The translations under genes were made by a program, and so were the position numbers. DNA of 64,000 nucleotides from a virus. The notes beneath the pieces are model-generated. The model was not told the DNA's origin. It saw nothing but the letters and a program-made list of their open reading frames with translations, and did no database searches. The DNA lies in IMG/VR virus record IMGVR_UViG_3300035158_000183, positions 110,035-174,034 of that record. One strand, given 5' to 3'. Of the stretch, positions 30,963-40,142 are shown piece by piece (position 1 is the first letter of the stretch; every line of letters begins with the position of its first letter).

Positions 30963-31426
30963 TATGGCACCACGGCATTTTCGGTATAGCTCACGTTGAG
31001 CACGATGTCAGTCTTGACCTTGGCGTCAGTGTTGGGCGGACAGGTAATTAGATACCAGAAGGGGAAGTATGTGGTTGTGTCTGCACCGCTGTCGCTGCCA
31101 ACACTCTCCATATCAATTTCATTGCCCCAATCTATGTCCTCCCATTCACCTGCAGTGGGTTCTTCCCCACCTGCATTGAGCTTAACGCCCCAGCCTGTCT
31201 CATCATAAGCTACATCGCCATACGGGCTAGCATCCACCAGATCTATGGGCTTGATACGTAGATTGGAGAACCACTTACTTACATCAGCATTTCTCAAATA
31301 TAAACAGACAGTTATGGTATCTCCTGGCTTGCCATCATGTACTGTGGTCAGCGGAGTGGAGAGATCCTGGTCCGATGACATCTCGACAAACTGGTCATCT
31401 TCCTTGTAGTAGATTGCTAGGCCCAT
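30962..31426 (-). CDS. Hypothetical beta-rich protein
   Basis: GGAGG SD; LYLRN...FPFW pattern. Confidence 0.65.
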   Translation of the reverse strand: MGLAIYYKEDDQFVEMSSDQDLSTPLTTVHDGKPGDTITVCLYLRNADVSKWFSNLRIKPIDLVDASPYGDVAYDETGWGVKLNAGGEEPTAGEWEDIDWGNEIDMESVGSDSGADTTTYFPFWYLITCPPNTDAKVKTDIVLNVSYTENAVVP

Positions 31427-31435
31427 GAAATCCTC

Positions 31436-33388
31436 CTAGATATTGGTACGCGAAGGTCGTTGTTTATGTACATTAGCGCGGCGACGCTTTCTTTGCAACC
31501 ATTCAGCTTTACGTTGTGCTTCCATATCGCTTTCCCAGCCAACCCGATTGGTCTTGGCCACATCAGCAGCACTACTAATTCTACCAGGCATCATGTATGA
31601 TTGCCTACTGTTAGCTGGGATTTCTTCCATACGGCGATCTTCTGGACGATGGATCTCTGGTCTAGCCTGTTGCTGGTCAGCTATTCGGTTCTCCCGGTCC
31701 TGTAGAGACTCTGGCCTCTGAACAGTACGTGGATCTGGAACCGCTATTACTGTAGTGATAAACTTAGAGGCATGTAGGTCATCGAACTCCAGGTGGAATG
31801 CCACCAGAGCTAGGTTGAGTGCATCTAGCCGGTGATCCAGAACCTTAGGTTCACGGAGGCCAAAAACCTGTACCTTAGTGGGCGTAACACGCTCTACAAT
31901 ATAGTTTCGTAGCTGCTTCTCCAAGACATGGTCATGAGAGGAAATAATAATTCTCTCCTGCTCAAAAGCCCTCACGGAAGCACTGACCATGAACGGTTTG
32001 GCTGGCTTCTTGATCTTCTCATGGGTGATAGGGTCACGCACCTGCAGAGATGCCCCGGAGTCATATTTCTTCAGTATATCCAGTAACTTAGCAGTCTGTA
32101 AGTCCCCGCCCTTCCTGCGCTCTTTGTAAGCAGTCTGTCTCAATAGCTCATAGTTAGTACTCCCGCCTCCGGCATCAATATACACAAACGACGGTCGCCA
32201 CTTCCTATTCATTTCCAGAAGCTTTTGCACACCAGTGAGCTGTGTGAACTCAGTCTTAGGCACCAGCACTGCATCTACTATCTGGAATTTGCCAGTGAAA
32301 GTATTATGCCCTACGACTACTATCTCCGTACCATGCTGCTCGTTCCAGTCAGTGCCAATACAGTACCTCCATGTAGATGACCTCTTGTGTTCGCCGTACT
32401 GGTAGTCCGTAAGAGCCGTATCGATATACTCAGGTTTATAGACGCCCGCTTCCGAAGAACCCCACTCTGCCAAGTACTCATGGGTCCAGTCCTCCTCAGT
32501 GAAAGAGGAGCGTTCCATCTCCACATTCTTCCAGTGGGGCAGCACCTTGTAGTTATGATGGTACTCCTTATAGTGTGGGTTTCCAGTACAGAACTTATAG
32601 TATGGTGTCTGAAAGCCAGATGGAGTTGAGAATCCTACCAGTGCAGTATCAGGAGATGTCTGCAACAGCGGGATGACAGCGCCAGTAATAGCCTTCTCGT
32701 CAATATAGTCCATCTCCTCCAGGTACAATCTGTCAGCATCCTGTCCTCGGATAGAGACACCCTCAGATTTGCCCTTGGTGCCGGCAGCAAAACCACGGAG
32801 TCTTGCACCATTGGTAAGCTTGATCTCATAGTATGGCGCAGATACATCACGCACTACCATATTAGCTAACTCTGGATTGCTATGGATAAACGCCCGGACT
32901 CTGGTGATAATTTCTTCAGTATGGGATTTTTGTGGACCCGCTACCACTATCTTGATATTGGGTTCGGTAAATAGGTAGTAACATATCTCAATGCAGATCA
33001 GGTCGGTTTTGCCAGTACGTCGAGCAGTCCGGAGGACTTTACGCCTGGAGGTACAGCGCAAAATGCGTCCCTGGTACCATCTGGCTATCCATGGATCGTC
33101 TGTCGGAAGCTTAAGGTACCGCGCAGCCCACTTCACAATATCAGCTACTGCTTCCAGCTCCGCCCATGCCTCATCCGTAAAGGCAGTTCTCATATTTGGG
33201 TCTAGTTGGTTCCTGGGTATCCCTGTACAGGGAACTAGAAACTTACCACGAGCAGCCTTGCCATGCTCATCGACAAACTTCTCATATTTCTTAAGCTGTT
33301 TACGGACACAGTCGTGGCATTGATCTTCGACCTCATCCAGGACGAAGGGTAGCTTAAACTTCCGCAGATCCGTGCATGCATCTTCCAT
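31436..33388 (-). CDS. terL: Terminase large subunit
   Basis: Walker A ARRTGKT, Walker B LYLEE, FSTP motif III, HEYLAEW linker, RNase H-like IGTDW...YID...DHRLDA. Confidence 0.92.
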   Translation of the reverse strand: MEDACTDLRKFKLPFVLDEVEDQCHDCVRKQLKKYEKFVDEHGKAARGKFLVPCTGIPRNQLDPNMRTAFTDEAWAELEAVADIVKWAARYLKLPTDDPWIARWYQGRILRCTSRRKVLRTARRTGKTDLICIEICYYLFTEPNIKIVVAGPQKSHTEEIITRVRAFIHSNPELANMVVRDVSAPYYEIKLTNGARLRGFAAGTKGKSEGVSIRGQDADRLYLEEMDYIDEKAITGAVIPLLQTSPDTALVGFSTPSGFQTPYYKFCTGNPHYKEYHHNYKVLPHWKNVEMERSSFTEEDWTHEYLAEWGSSEAGVYKPEYIDTALTDYQYGEHKRSSTWRYCIGTDWNEQHGTEIVVVGHNTFTGKFQIVDAVLVPKTEFTQLTGVQKLLEMNRKWRPSFVYIDAGGGSTNYELLRQTAYKERRKGGDLQTAKLLDILKKYDSGASLQVRDPITHEKIKKPAKPFMVSASVRAFEQERIIISSHDHVLEKQLRNYIVERVTPTKVQVFGLREPKVLDHRLDALNLALVAFHLEFDDLHASKFITTVIAVPDPRTVQRPESLQDRENRIADQQQARPEIHRPEDRRMEEIPANSRQSYMMPGRISSAADVAKTNRVGWESDMEAQRKAEWLQRKRRRANVHKQRPSRTNI

Positions 33389-33392
33389 AATA

Positions 33393-34211
33393 TTACCTAT
33401 GTACGAACATAGCTTCCCGGCCCAGGAGGGACCGGGCAGACATGGTGCCGCGATTCATCATGGACAGAGATTGCTGTCTCATGGTGTGGGCCCGTTGGGT
33501 GTTGAAGGCTGGGCTTTGTACGCCCCAGTTGAGGCGACGCTTGCTCTGTTCACGCTCTACTAGCCTGTCGGGAATCCTGGTTAGGGCTTCTGTCATACTA
33601 CCACCGGCTATCGCTCCCGCCATACCACCAGCCAGGTATCCTACGCCTGCACCTATGGCTGTGCCCACAATTGGTATAGCACTACCTATGGCTGCACCAA
33701 TACCCATACCAGCTTTGCTGCCTACTTCCCAGCCTATAAAGTCTGCAATACCTATAGTGGCACCTCGAGCGGCCTCAACACCTTCCTGGCCAGCACCCGC
33801 CTCCATAGCGCCTAGGGTGGCAAATATAGCAGAGGTTACAAAAGCTCCTCCGAGAGCATACTTGATAGCACCGGCTCCGGCAAAACCTCCTCCGCCCATC
33901 TTCCGAGCTTCTTTCAAGGCCTTGGCAATGCCAGTGTCTCCCTTGTGCATCCTCTGAAGCTCTGTAAGGCGCCTGATATATTTCGGGCTGCCTGCAGCAT
34001 GTTTGTGCCGCCATGGGTTTATCAACATTTCCTTACGGTTAGGAGCAAATATTGTAGCCGCCATTCCGCCCCTGGCATAACTCTTGGCGAATTGTGCCCG
34101 ACCCCATTGGTGAGCACGATATCTTGCACGCGTTCCCAGGTCAGCCCCGGGAGGCGGTCGATCTGGTTGTCCGGTAAACCAGTTGAGATACGGATTGGAA
34201 AAATCTGCCAT
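33393..34211 (-). CDS. Gly-zipper membrane-type protein, possibly ejected from the virion
   Basis: GIGAAIGSAIPIVGTAIGAGVGYLAGGMAG. Confidence 0.6.
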   Translation of the reverse strand: MADFSNPYLNWFTGQPDRPPPGADLGTRARYRAHQWGRAQFAKSYARGGMAATIFAPNRKEMLINPWRHKHAAGSPKYIRRLTELQRMHKGDTGIAKALKEARKMGGGGFAGAGAIKYALGGAFVTSAIFATLGAMEAGAGQEGVEAARGATIGIADFIGWEVGSKAGMGIGAAIGSAIPIVGTAIGAGVGYLAGGMAGAIAGGSMTEALTRIPDRLVEREQSKRRLNWGVQSPAFNTQRAHTMRQQSLSMMNRGTMSARSLLGREAMFVHR

Positions 34212-34239
34212 ACTATACTAGACCTGGATGGAGTGGTTC

Positions 34240-34731
34240 TTAATAGCTACGATTGGATCCGAGTATGGAGTTTCCGATATAGGCGCCAGATCCCATACCC
34301 AGAGCTGCGAAACTTCCTGCACCCCATTTGTTAATACTCATAAAATTACGACCAATCAAGGCATTAGCTCCACGCGCACCGGCCTGTAGGTGTCCGCCAC
34401 CCACAATAGCAGCAGATCCTAGCCCCCCTAATTTACCTTGATTACTCATTATTCTTCCAGCGCCCCAGTCCATCATACGTCCGCCCGCCCCAGCGAGTCG
34501 GTTAGCCCCTGTGCCCAGAGCACCTGCGATACTTTTGATTCCATGTCCGCGACCCAGTGCGCCAATTCCTCTTGCAGCAGGGCCCAAAAGCATACCAGCT
34601 GCTGCGCCGCCCAGCGCTCCGCCTGCTATACCACCATAATCTCCCCAGTCGCCAACTGCCCCCATGGCTCCACCTGCAGCGGCACCAGCGAAACCTCTAC
34701 CTATTAAGCCTCTTGCGAAAAATCCTGGCAT
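34240..34731 (-). CDS. Gly-rich hydrophobic small protein
   Basis: Repeated GxxxG; ends GNSILGSNRSY. Confidence 0.65.
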   Translation of the reverse strand: MPGFFARGLIGRGFAGAAAGGAMGAVGDWGDYGGIAGGALGGAAAGMLLGPAARGIGALGRGHGIKSIAGALGTGANRLAGAGGRMMDWGAGRIMSNQGKLGGLGSAAIVGGGHLQAGARGANALIGRNFMSINKWGAGSFAALGMGSGAYIGNSILGSNRSY

Positions 34732-34747
34732 GTTGTTGATCTCCTAA

Positions 34748-35170
34748 TTAGTAGGGTCGGTTGGACTCTAATATTGTTGAGCCGATTAGTCCTGAAGCGC
34801 CTATTCCCCCAGCCGCAGTAAGGGCTGTTGTCAAGCCACGACGAGTAAAGCCTCTTCCTCCTACCTCTCGCATCCCCTCTATTAGAGGCCCAGTCCTACC
34901 AAACCAGCCCCCTGCCGCAGCATTACTACGCATCTTACTGCCCAGAAATGCAAATCCACGACGGCCCCATCTACTTCCCATTAGTGCACCGGTTGCGGCG
35001 CCAAAGCCTGTACCTGCTAGTTGGCTTTGATCACCACTCATTAAAGCACCACCTATTATGGAGTATCCCAGACCGCCCACGCCTCCTCTAACTGCGCCAG
35101 CGCCGACACCTCGGCCCATACCCAAGCTACTCGGAACACCAGCAAACCAAGAAGGTTTAAAAAATGCCAT
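34748..35170 (-). CDS. Gly-rich hydrophobic small protein, paralog of neighbour
   Basis: Repeated GxxxG; ends GSTILESNRPY; AAGGAGG SD. Confidence 0.65.
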   Translation of the reverse strand: MAFFKPSWFAGVPSSLGMGRGVGAGAVRGGVGGLGYSIIGGALMSGDQSQLAGTGFGAATGALMGSRWGRRGFAFLGSKMRSNAAAGGWFGRTGPLIEGMREVGGRGFTRRGLTTALTAAGGIGASGLIGSTILESNRPY

Positions 35171-35215
35171 AAATACCTCCTTACAGAGTGATACACTTTA
35201 AATTATAGTATGATT

Positions 35216-38200
35216 TTATACTCCTGTCGAGGCAAACTTCTCATGTCTATGCCCGGCTCCACGTGAAGCCCTCAGACCGATGCCCACAGCAGCCTGGCTG
35301 TCGTTATAGAATCTCTTATTGCGCTTCAGTATGTAGTCATCGTAGCGCTGGCGCTTCTGAGCCCGCCAATTCACTAAATATTCTGAAGCCTTACGCTTGC
35401 GTCTTGCCTGATATTCATTCCAGGCCTTATAAGCTTTCTTCGTTAGCTCCCGACGGCTTATTTGGTGGCTCTCTAGATTTTGATCCCATAGTGGGCTTTC
35501 CGTGCTAGGATTATAACCAGAGCCAAACTCAGAAAAGCTTTTGACCATTTGGCCGCCTATCGAGTGCTCTGAACTGGGATTTATTCCATGTAGTTTAACG
35601 GTATCCTTCTTGCGGCCAATTAACATATTCACAGCTTCTTCTACATCAGGCTTCAGGTCCTCTATCCAATTTACTGGGGCTTCAGCTACAATGCCAGGCC
35701 GTGGGACACCCTCTACAAGACGTATTTTTAGCAGCTGCTCCTCTTCAAAGCGCCACTGTTCCATCATCTTGAAGAAGTCTTCATGCTCCCCACCACCAGC
35801 TAGTAATTTAGCTCTGTCTTCAGCTTTCTTCATTTCACGCTCTGCCTGACGTAGCTTAAACGCGTTATCCTGCCGCACCCTGACCATATTAGCAAAATGC
35901 TGCTCGCCCTTGAATCCCGCTAATTCGCCCCCTAGTGGCGCTGATAGAGGTTGTAAAACCGGCCTTTGAGCAGCATGCGCTGCTCGGCGTTCTCGGACAA
36001 CGCGAACAAACTCCTCCTCGCTGGAGAATTTACCTATCAGTGGCCTAGAGGGTCTCCTGAATATCTTGCCCAAGAATCTAGGCATCCAGCCAGAACCAAA
36101 CTCAGAATGGGCTCTAATAGATTGAGCGCCGAGATCTTCTGAGCCGGGGTGGATGCCATCTATAGGCTGCAAGGCTTTATTCGGCCCACCACCTATAGTG
36201 TCAAGTACAACATGTACATCTTGTTTGAGCCCAGCAGATTTGGCTCTGGCCAGATGCTCCTCCATCTTTCCCCAGTGGTATGCCATGGACGCTTCCATTG
36301 TAGCCACAGGCGACTGGACGCCAGCTGCTCTAGAAGCCATTCCGAAATCAATCCAAGATACATGTCCGCTTTCGGGACTGTAAAGGATGTTGGCCATATT
36401 GGGGTCGATATTCATCCACCCCTTGCCGACCACACCCGACATCTGCTTTCTCATCTCGGATTCGATATGCTTCTTAGGAACGGATATTCCCATCTTCCTC
36501 AGTTCGTAGATAGGAGTACCGGGCATGTACTCCATAAATAAGCGATCATCTTTCAGGCCATACGCCGTTGGGGTGATCTCTCCAGAAATTTCTCGCAGAA
36601 CATCGTATTCCTTCCTGATGGAACCTACAGACCTCTGCTTCAGAAACTTCAGTGCTTTAGGAAATTCTCTACTTTCCTTCAGGACATACTTGAAGGCGTG
36701 ACCTTCAACCTCAGACTCAAACAGATGGGCCATTCCAGATTGCCCATGGCCAAGTTTTTTGACCTCCGTTCCCTTCTGAAGGGCAGAAGCAAATCTTCTA
36801 CTACTGAGGAGTTTCTTATAGGCCTCTTCTGCCGGAAGGTCCTTGAATATTTTTCTGGCTATCTGTCTTAAAGGATCCCAGCCGCTACCGAACTCAGAGT
36901 GAGACCGCACAGACTGAGCCCCCATGCCTTCTGAGCCAGGATGAAGACCATTTATAGGCTTATAGGCTCTGTTGCGCCTTGGGAAGCGTCGAGCATAAAC
37001 CTCATTGTAGTATGCTAGCTCTTCTTGATAGGTTCGCCAGAGGCCTGGTAGATCTTTAACTTCCTCTTCAAGTTGAGCCCGCTCCCGGGCAGACTCTCTT
37101 TCCATAGTCTCTATAGAAGCACCATACTGTATATCTTCTTCGGCCAGACGACCAGCTTCTAGATCAGCCATCACCTTGGCCTTCACGCGCTCAAGCTTCT
37201 CTACATCAGCTTGGAACTTAGCCTCATCGAATGGGACTTCTATCATCGCCCTCTCGGAAGGGTCTTCACGGCTGATGTATTCTAGATAGCCCTTCTCTTG
37301 GCCGAGAGCATGCATGTAAAACCGCAACTGAGCCTCATGCTTCTTAAAGGCTCCACGCTCTCTGATATGCTGTAGCCGTCTAGCACTGACTGTCTTGATG
37401 TCGCCTGGTATGCCGCCTGGATAGAGAACATCAATAAACCCTGCCATGCCCAACTCTGGGTCATGCACAAATCTTTCGACATCCTCTACCTCACCACGCG
37501 CATACTGAGCTGCCTCAAAGAATCTGTGGCCCGCCACACCAGCCATGGAGGCTGCTGTCAGCATCTCAGTTTCTCGCTGCTCCTCGGTAAGATACTTGTA
37601 GATTTCCCTCTCGCTTGCCCCTAGCTTACTTGGAGCGAAACGTGTGTACTTAGGTACCTCTTTACGCTGGTGCCACTCAGGTTGTAGCCATGGGTTGGGC
37701 CCCCTATAGCCAGAACCGAAGTCTGAGTGTGCTCGCATGGCCTGGGCGCCCGTACCTTCAGACCCGGGGTGCATACCCTGAATCCTATTAAATGTGAAAC
37801 GTCCAGGGTGTCGGATATCTTGCCACTCGTCCATCGCCTGCTGGAGGGTTTCTTTAGAGATTTCCTCGGTAGCAATCTTATGGTAGTCAGCTACCTGGTA
37901 TAGGCCGACAGCAGTACGCCGGAGGTGCGGTGGGACCCAGCGTGTATACTTTTCAACTACAGACTCCAGTTCCGGATTCTGTGGAAGTGTGTATGTTCCT
38001 ATATTGTATACCTGTAGGGCGCCTCGGTGAGCAAACATCTCGTTGGCTACCCATTCCACATAAGGGTTATCCGGGTCTTCTCGGACAGTCTGTTGGGCTA
38101 TTCGGATATTGCGGTTGTAGACTGGTGCCTTGGCGGCCAGGTGAGCTATATCTTCCTTAGAGGTCATCCTGCCGCTCAGCAGCTGCCTCTGGGCTTCTCG

Positions 38201-40132
38201 GATGAAAGTAGCCTTATCTTCTGGGTCGATATCCAAATCCCAGAGAGCATGAAGACCTTCATGCAGTGTCGTCTCTCGAACCTTGATTGGAGAGATGTAC
38301 TTCATCAATTCTCTGGTCCCATAAACTCCTGCCTTGCTGGTTATATGGGAACCTATAATAACTTCACTGGGATCGAGGATACCGCCGATGTTTAGCTCGT
38401 CCTTGGCAGGATAATAGGAACCAAAGGCACCTATAGATTCTCTCTCTGTAAAGGCGGCATTAACCTTAGCAAGATTCTTATAGTCTCGCCAGAAAATTTC
38501 ACGTGATAGCACCTTGAAGGCATCAGGCCCACTAAGCATCAGCATAGACTTGTCCATCTCTTGAGCCCGCACTGCCTTGCGTACCAACTTGCGGTACTCT
38601 TTAGCAGTTAGCAGCCTATCCTCCAGCATCTCCTTCTCAATAGTTGGCTGTGTAATACCTCTGTAGCCAGACCCGAAGTCCGTGAGTTGCCTACGGGTAC
38701 GCTGTGCCATACCTCCGTCCCGCATACCCTCTATGAGCTTATAGTCCTCATCCCTGGAGGAGATGGCCAGCCCTACTAGCCCTAGGCCAGCCACAACACC
38801 GGCACCCTTGAGCGCTCCACCCCAGGTAGGTTTGAATCTCCTGATATCTACAAACGATCTATTAGATTTAATCTCGGGATAGAACTTACCCAGATGCTCA
38901 TGAAATGGTCTGGCGTACTCTGCCTCGCTAGCCAGCATCTTAGAGGCATAATCCTGAAACCGCATACCCTCGTCAATTAGCTGCAACTTCTGACCCGTAC
39001 CACGATGTACGGCTGCCTGGAAGACATCGAAGTTCTGCAGGAAAGTCTGTCTGGCGGCTTTGTGGTCTTTAAGTTTATCCCAGATAAACTCTGTCATTTG
39101 CACATCAAAACCAGCACCATGGGCACCTATCGCTGCTCCCTTGAAGCCTAGTGTCTCGGCCACAGCAGCCAGCTGCCAGCCTCTAGGTTTCAGCCTGAGG
39201 TCTTCGAACATACCAGCTTGCCAGCCCACTACCTTCCTGCCTATGGTATTGGACAGAAAAGCTTGGGTATGCTCAGCGACATCCAGAAGGTGAGTCTGCT
39301 TGAGGGCTCTATGTAGCTCATCCTGCAGCCCATGTCGAGAGGCCTGCTCCATGAGTATTGGGATATCAAACTGCTTTATGTTGTACCCCATTACAGTGCG
39401 ACCCGGGGTGAGCTGTTTGATAAACTTCTTGACTACTTGCTTCTCGGTAAGAGTGGTCTGTCCGGAGACTGCCAGGGCCTGCCGATACTTCGGGATGATG
39501 GTTTCCTCAATATAAGGATCATATCTCTTGGTAGGGTCCAGGTGCCCAAAGAACTCGGAGACCTGGCCACGCTGATGCATGCCAACAGTAAGAATACGAG
39601 AATCTCTACCCAGGAGACCTGTGGTTTCGAGGTCGAATATAAGTGGGTCCACCACACCAGGTCGCTGGAGGGCCTTCATCACTGAGACATCTGCCAGCCC
39701 TTCAAATAGTGGAGCACGGCCAGTGGCCTGACCGAAGCTGACAACGCCTCCGAAGAGACTACGGTTAACACTCTTGGCCTGGAGGCCTCTCCCACTGCCC
39801 CTGGTGTACTCTACAGGGTTAATGGGGACTCCCCACTGGTCAGGACCATAGTAGCTAGGTAGGTGGCCCAGCTCTAGTCTGCGCTTATGGTAGAACTGCC
39901 ACCAGCGCTGCCCACTAGTCTCCTTGACAGTCTCTTCCAGATAGTTCCGGACGAAGAATAGCTCTTCCTGGGTCCTGGCGGCCCGGATGAGCTGCTCAGG
40001 AGAATACAGATGCATTAGGCTCTTATCTATCTCGCGGAACCAGCGATTCCTGTACTGCTCCCAGATAGGTCGGCCAGGGGCCTCTAGAATATCATCTAGT
40101 AATTCCGATATGTTAGGATCTTGTGTGGGCAC
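35216..40132 (-). CDS. Multidomain protein: DEDDh exonuclease + HExxH zincin + Cas4-like PD-(D/E)xK nuclease + protein-kinase-like domain, joined by repeated linkers
   Basis: FDLETTG/GYNIKQFD/AHGAGFDV; LHEGLHALW...NEMFA; GHRFFE/GFIDV/DIKT/QLRFY; LGHGQSG/VLKE/MEYMPG/IDPNMAN/IDFG. Confidence 0.85.
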   Translation of the reverse strand: MPTQDPNISELLDDILEAPGRPIWEQYRNRWFREIDKSLMHLYSPEQLIRAARTQEELFFVRNYLEETVKETSGQRWWQFYHKRRLELGHLPSYYGPDQWGVPINPVEYTRGSGRGLQAKSVNRSLFGGVVSFGQATGRAPLFEGLADVSVMKALQRPGVVDPLIFDLETTGLLGRDSRILTVGMHQRGQVSEFFGHLDPTKRYDPYIEETIIPKYRQALAVSGQTTLTEKQVVKKFIKQLTPGRTVMGYNIKQFDIPILMEQASRHGLQDELHRALKQTHLLDVAEHTQAFLSNTIGRKVVGWQAGMFEDLRLKPRGWQLAAVAETLGFKGAAIGAHGAGFDVQMTEFIWDKLKDHKAARQTFLQNFDVFQAAVHRGTGQKLQLIDEGMRFQDYASKMLASEAEYARPFHEHLGKFYPEIKSNRSFVDIRRFKPTWGGALKGAGVVAGLGLVGLAISSRDEDYKLIEGMRDGGMAQRTRRQLTDFGSGYRGITQPTIEKEMLEDRLLTAKEYRKLVRKAVRAQEMDKSMLMLSGPDAFKVLSREIFWRDYKNLAKVNAAFTERESIGAFGSYYPAKDELNIGGILDPSEVIIGSHITSKAGVYGTRELMKYISPIKVRETTLHEGLHALWDLDIDPEDKATFIREAQRQLLSGRMTSKEDIAHLAAKAPVYNRNIRIAQQTVREDPDNPYVEWVANEMFAHRGALQVYNIGTYTLPQNPELESVVEKYTRWVPPHLRRTAVGLYQVADYHKIATEEISKETLQQAMDEWQDIRHPGRFTFNRIQGMHPGSEGTGAQAMRAHSDFGSGYRGPNPWLQPEWHQRKEVPKYTRFAPSKLGASEREIYKYLTEEQRETEMLTAASMAGVAGHRFFEAAQYARGEVEDVERFVHDPELGMAGFIDVLYPGGIPGDIKTVSARRLQHIRERGAFKKHEAQLRFYMHALGQEKGYLEYISREDPSERAMIEVPFDEAKFQADVEKLERVKAKVMADLEAGRLAEEDIQYGASIETMERESARERAQLEEEVKDLPGLWRTYQEELAYYNEVYARRFPRRNRAYKPINGLHPGSEGMGAQSVRSHSEFGSGWDPLRQIARKIFKDLPAEEAYKKLLSSRRFASALQKGTEVKKLGHGQSGMAHLFESEVEGHAFKYVLKESREFPKALKFLKQRSVGSIRKEYDVLREISGEITPTAYGLKDDRLFMEYMPGTPIYELRKMGISVPKKHIESEMRKQMSGVVGKGWMNIDPNMANILYSPESGHVSWIDFGMASRAAGVQSPVATMEASMAYHWGKMEEHLARAKSAGLKQDVHVVLDTIGGGPNKALQPIDGIHPGSEDLGAQSIRAHSEFGSGWMPRFLGKIFRRPSRPLIGKFSSEEEFVRVVRERRAAHAAQRPVLQPLSAPLGGELAGFKGEQHFANMVRVRQDNAFKLRQAEREMKKAEDRAKLLAGGGEHEDFFKMMEQWRFEEEQLLKIRLVEGVPRPGIVAEAPVNWIEDLKPDVEEAVNMLIGRKKDTVKLHGINPSSEHSIGGQMVKSFSEFGSGYNPSTESPLWDQNLESHQISRRELTKKAYKAWNEYQARRKRKASEYLVNWRAQKRQRYDDYILKRNKRFYNDSQAAVGIGLRASRGAGHRHEKFASTGV
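35513..38734 (-). repeat. Five dispersed 24-27-aa linker repeats, consensus IxGxHPGSExxGAQxxRxHS(D/E)FGSG(Y/W)
   Basis: Copies at 38663-38734, 37706-37783, 36878-36955, 36086-36163 and 35513-35593. Confidence 0.93.
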
Positions 40133-40142
40133 ACAGAGTCAC

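Noticed and set aside
13302-34222. TCTAGTATAGT (minus strand) near two late gene starts (13302-13312, 34212-34222) as a late promoter
   Set aside because: Only two copies of an 11-mer; such matches are expected by chance in 64 kb.
36956-37705. Cas4-like domain as a sign of CRISPR-Cas
   Set aside because: No repeat-spacer array or other cas gene is visible in the window, and the Fe-S cysteines are absent.
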